Of a DNA stretch of 64,000 bases, positions 9,176 through 18,222 are shown piece after piece. The DNA is from Candidatus Latescibacterota bacterium (GTDB lineage: Bacteria; Latescibacterota; UBA2968), in NCBI GenBank assembly GCA_965116885.1, contig OZ220741.1, forward strand, positions 1,600,001 to 1,664,000, written 5' to 3'. The notes under the pieces are model-generated. The model ran no database searches. It was not told the DNA's origin and saw nothing but the letters and a program-made list of their open reading frames with translations. How positions within the stretch are numbered: position 1 is the first letter of the stretch; each line of letters opens with the position of its first letter. A program made the translations under genes and the position numbers.

Positions 9176-12145
9176 ATGCAAATTCTAATTCTATTCATAG
9201 CTTTTGCGAGCACAGCGAGTTTTGCGGGCGCCAGTGAATTGAAGAACTATTTGTTCGATATGGGTGCTGCAGATTCAAAGGTGGCATCGGGCTATACGCG
9301 GGTGACGCCAGATGATGTCTATACAGCCGAGCGCGGGTATGGGTTTACCACGCGGGTTTCGGGCGCGATTGAAGTCGCGGAGGCGTTTTCCTGGTTTGGC
9401 ACATTGTTGACGGATGGTGTTGGTGGGCGTCATGGGCGTCGGGACTATGCGCGAGAGGGGCTGGTGTTTCGGGTGGATGTGCCAGCGGGGTATTATATGG
9501 CTGAGATCGGCGTGCCCGATGGTCCGGATGCGCGGTCGCTACAGGTTTATGTGAATGGCGTTTTTGCAGCGCGCACGCAGGATAGCCCGATGCGTCAGAG
9601 AGGGTGGGATCAAACGCCGCCGGAATTGTTGCGTTTTCCGGTGTCTGTGTCGGGAGATTCTGTGCTGATTCGCGTTGAGGGTGTGGGCAGTGGCCAGCTC
9701 TATGAGTCGCAGCGGGTGGGGCTGATGTCCGTGGCGTTGCGCCCCAGCTATCCCCATTTGTTTCAACGGGTGGGTGGTCGTTTAGAGGCGGTTGATCCCG
9801 TTTTTGCATTAGAACCCGATTTGCAACAGGGGATTGCCCGGTATGATCGCGGGGATTTTGAGGGTGCTGCGTCGGCTTTTCGAAAGGCGGATGTTGCACC
9901 CTTAGTGAAAGCTGAGCTTTTGTTGTCGATAGCAGGCCATGTGTCTTGTCCGAATCACCGAGATTTAATAGAGGAGGCGCTGGATTTATTAAAAAGAGAT
10001 ACTGATGTTCGCTCTCAAAATCGCGTGCGGGATGTTTTGACTTATTTAGAGGGTCTGGACCGGGTTGAAGCGCGCAATTGGAGTTGGGCGAGAGGAAAGT
10101 TTGGGATGGGTCAGAGTGCCCGCCTGTGGTATGCTCAAGTGCATCTTCGATTGGTTGCGAGCGATCCCGGAGATCCCCTGCGGTTTCGGGCGTTGTACGC
10201 TCTGGGTCAGGTGTATTTCGGGTATTTTATGGAGTTGCATGATGTGCGTTTTGTCGAGGCGTCGGATGAAATTTTTTTGCAGATTCGAGAGGCATTTCCA
10301 GAAGATCAGATGATTCGCATGTATTTGGGCGAGCGTTTCGCTTATGACGATCCCAGATATACCGAAGGCGCAGAAGATGCGCCGGTCTGGGCGGCCAAAC
10401 AGCGCGAAGCGCTCAAGCGGTTGCTCGATGTGATTCATTACTGGACGGATGAGCGGCAGGCTGAGAATGGCGAGATGGGTGGGCATTACGAAGATGATTG
10501 CGAGATGTTTCGGCATTGGCAGCCCGCTCTTTTTGCGGCAGATGATGTCCGCGCGATCAGAGCAATACGGCGTATGGCCGATGGGGTTTGGGATAGCGAT
10601 TTGATTGCGGATGGATATAGCAAGCGCGCGTATGACGTGGAGCATTCTTCAGAGTTGATTTCCGATACGCATCCGATTCTTCTGGCGGCGGAATACGGGA
10701 ATCCGGAGTATGTAGAACGCGCGATGGCAACGGCGCGGGTGATGCGCGATGTGTGGGTGGGTAAGACCGGGCAGGGCAATTTGCATTTTAGGTCAATGCG
10801 TATTGGGGCGTATGATGTGGATGAACGAGTGCCGTATAATGTGGATGTGCCTTATAATGCGCGGGCGGTGAAACCTATTCGCTGGTTGGCCTGGTACAAT
10901 CGACATCCAGAGGCTGTGCGTTTGATTTCGGAGTGGGGGAAAAGCTGGATTGATGCGATTGCGCGAGAGGCAGATGGAAAGCCCGCGGGGGTGATTCCGG
11001 CGGCGATTACGTTTCCAGAGAATAAGCTGAGCGGTCCGGGGGATACGTGGTATGATACGGGGATGGGGTGGCTTTATTCTTTTCCGAGCGCTTCGGGGAT
11101 GATTTACGATCATCTTTTGGCTGTTTGGTGGATTACGGGGGATGAGGTTTTTTTGCAGCCGCACCGCGATGGGCTGGCAATTCTGGAAAATCTGGATGAT
11201 TTACCGGCAGATGCCGAGGTGGGGTCTCGCGCCTGGGCTTTGCGCGAGGTGCTGAGTCCGCAACGCTTTTCGAGCTATCGGTTGCTTACGGGTGATGCGC
11301 GATACGATGCGCTGTTTCGAGAGGGTGGGTCAAGTTATTTGCGCTGGCGATTGACGGGAGATGTGTCGTATCTAATTTCGGGGTGTGAGAATAGTATTAA
11401 TAGTATGCGGATTAACCGCCCGTTTTTGACTTCAGAAGTTTATTTTACGGATCGCGTGTTTGTTCGCGGGGCTGAGCATTTGCTGGCGATGTACACAGGT
11501 GATGTGACCCGGGCAGGCGATTTTCCGAGTTTTGCGGTGACCTGGAAGAATACGGGTGCTGATTTTGCTGCGCTGGTGACAGAGAGTAGCGATAGGGCGC
11601 TTAGTGTGTTGGTTTATAATTTTGAGGCCGAGGAGAAAATCGTGGGTATGCGTCTGTGGCGTTTGAAGGATGGGGTTTATTCGGTTGTCGGCAAAGGGAT
11701 GGGGCACGCAGATGTTTTTCGGCGGGATGGGGTGCGTGTCCGACGGGGAACAGAGGTTGCGATTGATTTGCTCCCACGGCAGTTGATGCGGATTTCGATT
11801 GATCTTACAGGTGAGGTTCAAGAGGTGGCTGAGTATTTGACAGATGCTGGTATTTCCAGGCGCGATGTGGTGGTGGATGGCGATCGGGTGCGGGTTACGG
11901 TGCATAATATTGGCACTGTAGATGTTGAAAATTTGACGGTTGTTCTGTACGATGGTGAGAAGGCTCTGGGGCGCAGGGTAATTCAGAATTTGGAAGCACC
12001 TCTGGATTTGTTGCCGAGAACAAAGCAGGTCGCGTTTTCCATTGGTTCTGATATGCCGGATTCCATTACTGTGGTTCTGGATCCGGAGGAGAAGTTGGAA
12101 GAGATTACGCGGGTGAATAATCGGGTGACTGTGGCTGTGAAATAG
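9176..12145 (+). CDS. Large secreted protein: N-terminal galactose-binding-like beta-sandwich, central alpha-helical putative carbohydrate-active domain, C-terminal CARDB domain
   Basis: Signal peptide; FDMG...GYTRVT...Y..ERGYG N-terminus; VTVHNIG...LDPEEKLEEITRVNN CARDB signature. Confidence 0.65.
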   Translation: MQILILFIAFASTASFAGASELKNYLFDMGAADSKVASGYTRVTPDDVYTAERGYGFTTRVSGAIEVAEAFSWFGTLLTDGVGGRHGRRDYAREGLVFRVDVPAGYYMAEIGVPDGPDARSLQVYVNGVFAARTQDSPMRQRGWDQTPPELLRFPVSVSGDSVLIRVEGVGSGQLYESQRVGLMSVALRPSYPHLFQRVGGRLEAVDPVFALEPDLQQGIARYDRGDFEGAASAFRKADVAPLVKAELLLSIAGHVSCPNHRDLIEEALDLLKRDTDVRSQNRVRDVLTYLEGLDRVEARNWSWARGKFGMGQSARLWYAQVHLRLVASDPGDPLRFRALYALGQVYFGYFMELHDVRFVEASDEIFLQIREAFPEDQMIRMYLGERFAYDDPRYTEGAEDAPVWAAKQREALKRLLDVIHYWTDERQAENGEMGGHYEDDCEMFRHWQPALFAADDVRAIRAIRRMADGVWDSDLIADGYSKRAYDVEHSSELISDTHPILLAAEYGNPEYVERAMATARVMRDVWVGKTGQGNLHFRSMRIGAYDVDERVPYNVDVPYNARAVKPIRWLAWYNRHPEAVRLISEWGKSWIDAIAREADGKPAGVIPAAITFPENKLSGPGDTWYDTGMGWLYSFPSASGMIYDHLLAVWWITGDEVFLQPHRDGLAILENLDDLPADAEVGSRAWALREVLSPQRFSSYRLLTGDARYDALFREGGSSYLRWRLTGDVSYLISGCENSINSMRINRPFLTSEVYFTDRVFVRGAEHLLAMYTGDVTRAGDFPSFAVTWKNTGADFAALVTESSDRALSVLVYNFEAEEKIVGMRLWRLKDGVYSVVGKGMGHADVFRRDGVRVRRGTEVAIDLLPRQLMRISIDLTGEVQEVAEYLTDAGISRRDVVVDGDRVRVTVHNIGTVDVENLTVVLYDGEKALGRRVIQNLEAPLDLLPRTKQVAFSIGSDMPDSITVVLDPEEKLEEITRVNNRVTVAVK

Positions 12146-12157
12146 AAGGTCTTGGTT

Positions 12158-12198
12158 GTCATCGCGGCAATGTTTAAGCCGCGATCCAGAAGGTTTTT
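12158..12198 (+). repeat. Palindromic element, copy of 9089-9129
   Basis: GTCATCGCGGCAATGTTTAAGCCGCGATCCAGAAGGTTTTT. Confidence 0.75.
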
Positions 12199-12233
12199 GC
12201 CGTTGGTTTTGTTTGTTATCGCATGGAGAAATG

Positions 12234-12923
12234 ATGTCTTCAAGCGAGTTTGAGTTTTTCGGTTTTGCCCACATCGCTGCGATGGGCGTGATTATCGCTG
12301 TGCCGATTGTTTTGACGCTTGTTGTCAAGCGGGTCGATTCGACGAAGACGACCCAGGCGATTTGCTATGGATTTGCGGGGGTGATCGCGGTCAATGAGGT
12401 GCTGAATTGGAGCCATCGCATAGCGACGGTTGGGGTGCATGAGTTCGTGCGGGAGTATATGCCGTTGCATGTGTGTGGGATTACTGTTTTTGCGGTTGTG
12501 GTTACGCTCATTTTCCGGCGGCAGACGGCTTATGAGATTGCCTATTTCTGGGGGCTTGTGGGCGCGACGAATGCGGTTGTGACGCCTCAACTCGAGTTCG
12601 GCTATCCGCAGTATCGCTTTTTTCAATATTTTATCGCGCATGGCGGTATTGTGGCTGCTGCGCTGTTCGCCACATGGGGCCTGGATATGAGACCTACAGG
12701 CAGGTCGGTTTTGCGCGTTTTTGTTTTGCTGAATGTTCTGGCGATTGTTTTGGTCGGGGTCAATCTGATGCTGGGGAGCAATTATATGTTTCTCTGCCAG
12801 CCGCCTGATACACAATCGCCTTTTTTCTTTTTCCCCTGGCCGTGGTATCTCCTGTTCCTCGATGGCGTAGCACTGGTGTTATTTTACGTGCTTTTTATTC
12901 CTTTCTTGAGGAGAAAGGCATAA
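12234..12923 (+). CDS. TIGR02206/YwaF-like integral membrane protein
   Basis: MPLHVC, YFWG..GA..AVVTP, FFQYFIAHG, NYMFL, PWPWY. Confidence 0.85.
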   Translation: MSSSEFEFFGFAHIAAMGVIIAVPIVLTLVVKRVDSTKTTQAICYGFAGVIAVNEVLNWSHRIATVGVHEFVREYMPLHVCGITVFAVVVTLIFRRQTAYEIAYFWGLVGATNAVVTPQLEFGYPQYRFFQYFIAHGGIVAAALFATWGLDMRPTGRSVLRVFVLLNVLAIVLVGVNLMLGSNYMFLCQPPDTQSPFFFFPWPWYLLFLDGVALVLFYVLFIPFLRRKA

Positions 12924-12945
12924 AGGCCGATCCGTTGTCGATATA

Positions 12946-12978
12946 CAAAAAGCCACGCTCAACTTTGAGCATGGCTTT
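12946..12978. terminator. Bidirectional terminator
   Basis: AAAAAGCCACGCTCA-ACTT-TGAGCATGGCTTT. Confidence 0.6.
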
Positions 12979-12987
12979 AGAACAAGA

Positions 12988-13047
12988 CTATTCCCCGCTA
13001 AATTTGCCAGGATGCTTCACTCGTAAAAACTCCGGATACAGGCGCAT
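12988..13047 (-). pseudogene. Possible remnant of a PIN/VapC toxin (MRLY.. start only)
   Basis: ATG 2 nt after the antitoxin-like stop; MRLY resembles the PIN N-terminal strand MRLYLD, then the frame degenerates. Confidence 0.35.
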
Positions 13048-13049
13048 GA

Positions 13050-13298
13050 TCAATCATTCCAACTATCGCGTTCAGCTTTTAAATACGTATCTACTTGCTC
13101 GCGCACTGGAGGTGTATGACCACGGGCATTTTGTTTTTTATGAATGTCTGAAAGCACATCGCGCACAGGACGTTTTGAGACTTTTTCCAAAGATTTGACG
13201 ACAACATGTACCTTGCCTTTTGGTATTGGAATGTCCCTATTCAATGTTACTGTGCGGCCATCAATTAGTGTTCCGGTTGCTGTATATGTATCGTTCAT
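13050..13298 (-). CDS. Small antitoxin-like protein
   Basis: GAGGA RBS; beta-rich N-terminus GTLIDGRTVTL..GKVHVVV and C-terminal ..ERDSW, typical of PIN-associated antitoxins. Confidence 0.6.
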   Translation of the reverse strand: MNDTYTATGTLIDGRTVTLNRDIPIPKGKVHVVVKSLEKVSKRPVRDVLSDIHKKQNARGHTPPVREQVDTYLKAERDSWND

Positions 13299-13379
13299 AG
13301 CATTCGTTCCTCACCATGTAATCCAAAGTACATATCAACGATTTGGAATATACCCAAAGTTATGCTGAAATGCAATTCA

Positions 13380-16300
13380 ATGCAATACGCAAAATATCTG
13401 ATTCTTCTGATACTTGTGGGCGCGAGTGCGTGTTTTGCGGCGACGCCTTTTACGCCTCGTCATCCAGATCCTGTGCATGAGTCCTGGCGCTGGCGATCTT
13501 TTTCGGAATTGAAGGGGCAGGAGGTGTCGTGTTTGGCTCAGGATGGGGATGGCAATTTTTTATTTGGGACGGATGATGGTATTTATCGCTACGATGGGAT
13601 AAGTTGGCATCTCTTTCCGTTTGATGAGGGGATGGTTGGGGCGCAGATTAACGCGCTTTATACCTCTCGGGATGGAAGTGTTTATGTGGGGTCTGACCGG
13701 GGTATTAGTCGTTTCGAGAATGGGATATGGGAACGGGTTTTTCCATCTGAGGGAGGATGGAATACCTATAATTTTATGGAGGCACGAGACGGGAGCCTGT
13801 GGGCGGGTACGGAATGGGGTGCGCTCAGGTTGATGGTGGATGGGACAAGGTTGTATGTGGCTGCGGAAGATACAACAGGTGTTCGGGAGATGGTATCAGA
13901 TGCCGTAACTTTTGTTGCGGTTCCTTTTTCCGGGCAGAGGTTGATGGTTTATGATGTGTGTGAAGATTCCAACGGAGCGGTCTGGTTTGGGATGTACGAT
14001 GGCGATTTGATTCGGTTTGATTTTGCGTCGGGTTTTCAGCGTTTTAGTGAGGATGATGGGATTGATCAGGGTAAGTATCCGAGGATGTGTGTGACAAAGG
14101 ATGGCGTTGTTTGGGTAGTGTATGGCGATGAGAGCCAGCGCGTCAACCGGTTTGATGGCGAGAAGTGGGAGGCTCTCGAAGTTGGTGATCTGGGTCGCGA
14201 TCACCATTATACGTCTATTCTGGAAAGTCGAGATGGGACGCTCTGGATCGGCGGTAGTCGCTTGATTGCTTATAGGAATGGTATGTGGCGCGTTTATGAT
14301 TCGAAAGATATTGTGTCATTGCCTTTGCACCGTATGGAACTTTTCGAAGCGGCGGATGGCGCGCTCTGGATTATTGAAAGAGAACAGGAAGCTGCGCGTC
14401 TGGATCTGAGTGAGAATTACTTTCAGACTTATGACGGTCTTATTTTTCAGTGTGAGGCCGATGGGGCGCAGTGGTTTATCTCGGAAGATAACGGTGTTAT
14501 GCGTCGTGATGGGCAAGGGTGGACGCGGTTTGGTGTGGCGGACGGCTTGATGGATATGCCGAGTAAGCTGATTGTGACCCGAGATGGCGCGTTGTGGGCT
14601 GCGGGTAGTCACGAGCGTGTCGCCGCTACAGCGCGGTTGGATGGTTCTGAATGGGTTATGGAACGCCATCCTCAGCTTTCATGGCGTGTTGATCCGCGCG
14701 GGGTTTATGAGGCTTTTGACGGCACTTTGTGGTTTGCCGCGGCTGCGGATTGGTGGTTATATGATGGCTTTCTCGGTGGGGTGGTGGTTTTTGATGGGGC
14801 GAGTTGGATACATCATATTCCTCCGATGATGACGCGCTATGCTTATGGGATCGGGCAGAGTTCTGATGGTGTCTTGTGGTTTGGTGGGCGACTGTTCGGT
14901 TTTGACGGGATGCGGGAGGTGCAATTCACAGGCCCGGAGGAACTGACGAATGATTTTATCGATGCTGTCTATACTCAGGGGAACCTGTGGTTGGGGTCCC
15001 GAACTTATGGGGTGTTTCGGTATGATGGGACGGCGTGGCAGCAGTTCGATTATGGCGATGGGCTGGCGCATAATGAGGTGAGAAGTATTTTCCAGGATCG
15101 GGATGGCGCGGTTTGGGTGGGGACAGCAGAGGGTGTTAGCCGGTTTGATGGGCGCACATGGTTGCCACGGGCTTTACCTTCTGGACTTCCGCGCACAGAG
15201 TTTTATGATCCGATTCTCCAGTCTGGAGACGGGGCATTCTGGCTCAATTCTGTATCTGATGTAGATGCCTGGCTCAGACGGTCGGAACCACAGCGAGATG
15301 CAATATCTTATACTCTGCGTACGATCCGATATGTGCCAGAGACGGATCCACCTGAAACCCTGATGACCATTGTTCAGGAAGAGGTCTCTCAGGGCGGAAA
15401 GATAACTTTCGCGTGGACAGGGATAGACGCCTGGCGAAGTACGTTGCGCGAAGATTTGCAATACGCCCATCGTTTGGATGGCGGGGAGTGGTCGCCTTAT
15501 GGTGGGGATACGATCCTATCCTTTGAGGGGCTGGATGTAGGGACGCATACGGTTGAGGTTAAAGCGCGCGATCTGGCGTTTAACGAAGACCCTGTACCGT
15601 CGCTGGTGCAATTCAATGTTGTTCCGCTGGTGTGGCGCCGTCTGTGGTTTATTAGCCTGATTCTGGGGTTTGTGATCCTTACGGGTTATCTGATTTCACG
15701 GATTATTGTCAGGGATCGGAGGCTGCAGAAAGCGAATGAAGATCTTGCATCTGCGAACGAGACGCAACTCCTGCAGTCCGCGCGTCTGGTGTCGCTGGGG
15801 CAGATGGTTGCTGGTGTGGCGCACGAGCTTAATCAGCCGCTGACCGCTGTCGAGACAACTGCTGGGGATATTTCCCTGCGATTGATGGAGGGTATGCCGC
15901 TTGAGACGGACGAGTTGAGGAAGATGATGGAGGATGTTCGAGGTGTGGTCAATCGGATGGCGGGTACTGTTGATCATTTGCGCGTGTTTTCGCGCGATGT
16001 GTCCGAGGAGCCGCGCCAGGCGATGGATGTGAATGAGGTGATACAGAGTAGCTTGAAGTTGATGGGTTCGCAGCTTGAAAGGTACGGGATTGATCTGGTT
16101 CTGGATCTTTCTGGCGCGCTCCCAAAGGTCTGGGGACATTTGCATCCGCTCGAGCAGGTTGTTCTCAATTTGCTGTCAAATGCCCGGGATGCAGTGGATG
16201 AGCGAGCCGAGATGGAGGGGGTGGGGTATGATAAGCAGGTCCGGGTCCGAACGCGGGGTGAGAACGATGCGGTTGTTGTCGAGGTGGAGGATAATGGGGT

Positions 16301-16514
16301 TGGAATGGATGAGGCGATCCAGCAACGTCTTTTTGAGCCTTTTTTTTCGACTAAGGATGCCGACCGGGGTACGGGTTTGGGGTTGTCGATTATTTTTGCC
16401 ATTGTTCACAATCACGATGGAGAGATTACTGTGGAGAGTGAACAGGGCGTAGGCACGACGTTCAGGGTGATGTTGCCGGCGGTGGAGAGGGGCCTGCCCC
16501 CAGTTCCCCCCTAA
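13380..16514 (+). CDS. Sensor histidine kinase with periplasmic Reg_prop beta-propellers and Y_Y_Y domain
   Basis: DG.LW.GT repeats; YAHRLDG; TM helix; H-box VAHELNQPL; N, G1, F and G2 boxes. Confidence 0.9.
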   Translation: MQYAKYLILLILVGASACFAATPFTPRHPDPVHESWRWRSFSELKGQEVSCLAQDGDGNFLFGTDDGIYRYDGISWHLFPFDEGMVGAQINALYTSRDGSVYVGSDRGISRFENGIWERVFPSEGGWNTYNFMEARDGSLWAGTEWGALRLMVDGTRLYVAAEDTTGVREMVSDAVTFVAVPFSGQRLMVYDVCEDSNGAVWFGMYDGDLIRFDFASGFQRFSEDDGIDQGKYPRMCVTKDGVVWVVYGDESQRVNRFDGEKWEALEVGDLGRDHHYTSILESRDGTLWIGGSRLIAYRNGMWRVYDSKDIVSLPLHRMELFEAADGALWIIEREQEAARLDLSENYFQTYDGLIFQCEADGAQWFISEDNGVMRRDGQGWTRFGVADGLMDMPSKLIVTRDGALWAAGSHERVAATARLDGSEWVMERHPQLSWRVDPRGVYEAFDGTLWFAAAADWWLYDGFLGGVVVFDGASWIHHIPPMMTRYAYGIGQSSDGVLWFGGRLFGFDGMREVQFTGPEELTNDFIDAVYTQGNLWLGSRTYGVFRYDGTAWQQFDYGDGLAHNEVRSIFQDRDGAVWVGTAEGVSRFDGRTWLPRALPSGLPRTEFYDPILQSGDGAFWLNSVSDVDAWLRRSEPQRDAISYTLRTIRYVPETDPPETLMTIVQEEVSQGGKITFAWTGIDAWRSTLREDLQYAHRLDGGEWSPYGGDTILSFEGLDVGTHTVEVKARDLAFNEDPVPSLVQFNVVPLVWRRLWFISLILGFVILTGYLISRIIVRDRRLQKANEDLASANETQLLQSARLVSLGQMVAGVAHELNQPLTAVETTAGDISLRLMEGMPLETDELRKMMEDVRGVVNRMAGTVDHLRVFSRDVSEEPRQAMDVNEVIQSSLKLMGSQLERYGIDLVLDLSGALPKVWGHLHPLEQVVLNLLSNARDAVDERAEMEGVGYDKQVRVRTRGENDAVVVEVEDNGVGMDEAIQQRLFEPFFSTKDADRGTGLGLSIIFAIVHNHDGEITVESEQGVGTTFRVMLPAVERGLPPVPP

Positions 16515-18081
16515 AGGAACGGAATATGTCTCGTTCTTGCTCACCTACCGCGGGCTTCGATGCGCCAAAGCTCACATTAACCCCTCTGCTTTGAAGTGCT
16601 GGAATGTGTGTGTTGATTGATGTAGCATTTAACGGGTTATTTCTCACATAAACCCAATCCCCACTACCCAATCCCGTATTTGCGACCAGGGGCGTGAGGT
16701 CCGATATGCTGTTGTTGTAAAGAGACAGCTTTTCCAGACGGTTCAATCCTGAAAGGGATGTGATGTCCGATATGCTGTTGCTTTCAAGATCCAGCAATTT
16801 TAGACTATTCAATCCTGAAAGGGATGTGATGTCCGATATGCTGTTGCTGGAAAGAAACAGCCCTTCCAGACGGTTCAATCTCGAAAGGAGTGTGATGTCC
16901 GATACGCTGTTGCTTTCGAGAAACAGCCCTTCCAGATTGGTCAATCTTGAAAGGGGTGTGATGTCCGATATGCTGTTATTGGAAAGATACAGCCATTCCA
17001 GACGGTTCAATCCCAGAAGGGGTGTGATGTCCGATATGCTGTTGCTGGAAAGAGCCAGCCATTCCAGACGGTTCAATCTCGAAAGGGGTGTGATGTCCGA
17101 TATGCTGTTGTTGTAAAGAGACAGCTTTGTCAGGTTAATTGCAAACTCAAGTCCAGTCAGATCGCGAATATTATTGTTTGGTGCCTCAAGGCTCGTTAAG
17201 GCCACCAGGTCACCTCTGGTGATCGGAGTACCCTCCGCCTTGTTGAGACTATTCTCGATAACAGCGAGTAGATTCTCATCCGGAATGGCAACGATTGTTG
17301 CAACACCGCCAGAGGAAGATGCCTCTTTACCAAAGCTGTTGATAAAGATCAGAAAATCGGGAAACCCTATCTCGCTATTGCCATCCAGATCATACCTGGC
17401 GTCGTACGTCCCATCGCCACGACTTGTATCGAAGTGAGTTACAAACAGCAAAAAATCGGAAATATTAACCACACCATTCCCATTAAAATCACCCGTTAGC
17501 ACACTCGATGTCCCGATATCTGCCGATTTTGCAAAACTGATCACGAACCTGATTGGATCTTCTGGCGGAACGAGATGAGAAAGCGGACTCAGTGCCAGGT
17601 CTCTTACAGATTCGGGTAATGACGCCAATAATTCATCTAAGAGAAGCGGGCGTATAATATGCAGTGAATCCGCCGTAGCCGTGTACGTATAATTGAGTGG
17701 ATCTTCATTTTCGCGTGTTACGATGAGTTCATGGGTATCGGACATGACGGTGTAATTGCCTGTGTATTGGCTCGTATCGTGTACAGTGACCGTAAGCAGA
17801 ACCCATAATAACGCAGAGACATTGGCCACTGTCTTGTAGTTCGCTTGAATACTGCCATCTGAATCCAAAATCAGTGTGCCGTTGATCTCGCCTTCCACTG
17901 TAAGAGGCTTTACAGCTTCCACGAGCGCGGCCGGGACATAAGCGTTCAGTTCGACCTTGTGGGCTACCCAAGAACCGGTGAGATCCCCACCCTGAGGCCT
18001 GGGGGGTTCTGATAGAACACCCGCGTCTGCCTGCCCAAATGTTATGAGTGTCATCACGAGTAGAACACAGTTTCGCTGCAT
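16462..18081 (-). CDS. Secreted internalin-like LRR protein with dockerin/EF-hand module
   Basis: Signal peptide MQRNCVLLVM; GDFNGNGVVNISDFLLF...DLDGNSEIGFPDF; IPDENL cap; 22-aa LRRs. Confidence 0.9.
   Translation of the reverse strand: MQRNCVLLVMTLITFGQADAGVLSEPPRPQGGDLTGSWVAHKVELNAYVPAALVEAVKPLTVEGEINGTLILDSDGSIQANYKTVANVSALLWVLLTVTVHDTSQYTGNYTVMSDTHELIVTRENEDPLNYTYTATADSLHIIRPLLLDELLASLPESVRDLALSPLSHLVPPEDPIRFVISFAKSADIGTSSVLTGDFNGNGVVNISDFLLFVTHFDTSRGDGTYDARYDLDGNSEIGFPDFLIFINSFGKEASSSGGVATIVAIPDENLLAVIENSLNKAEGTPITRGDLVALTSLEAPNNNIRDLTGLEFAINLTKLSLYNNSISDITPLSRLNRLEWLALSSNSISDITPLLGLNRLEWLYLSNNSISDITPLSRLTNLEGLFLESNSVSDITLLSRLNRLEGLFLSSNSISDITSLSGLNSLKLLDLESNSISDITSLSGLNRLEKLSLYNNSISDLTPLVANTGLGSGDWVYVRNNPLNATSINTHIPALQSRGVNVSFGASKPAVGEQERDIFRSFRGELGAGPSPPPATSP
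16694..17155 (-). repeat. Tandem 66-bp coding repeats (about 7 LRR units)
   Basis: GTGATGTCCGATATGCTGTT recurs with few mismatches at 66-bp spacing (16694, 16760, 16826, 16892, 16958, 17024, 17090). Confidence 0.9.
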
Positions 18082-18222
18082 CTTAAACCGCCATTTTTTG
18101 ATCGCGGTACCAAAAAGTGACCTGTTCATTTTTCCTAATGCATGATCACTTTCCAAATTTACACAATTTTTTGCCGTCCCGTCAACTGTTTGAATATACC
18201 TCGCTGTACAAAGTTAAGATCG

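Noticed and set aside
9089..12198. Integron attC sites flanking a gene cassette
   Set aside because: No RYYYAAC/GTTRRRY core ends and no integrase; better explained as REP-like palindromes
16694..17155. 66-bp periodic repeats as CRISPR
   Set aside because: In-frame coding LRR units with no unique spacers
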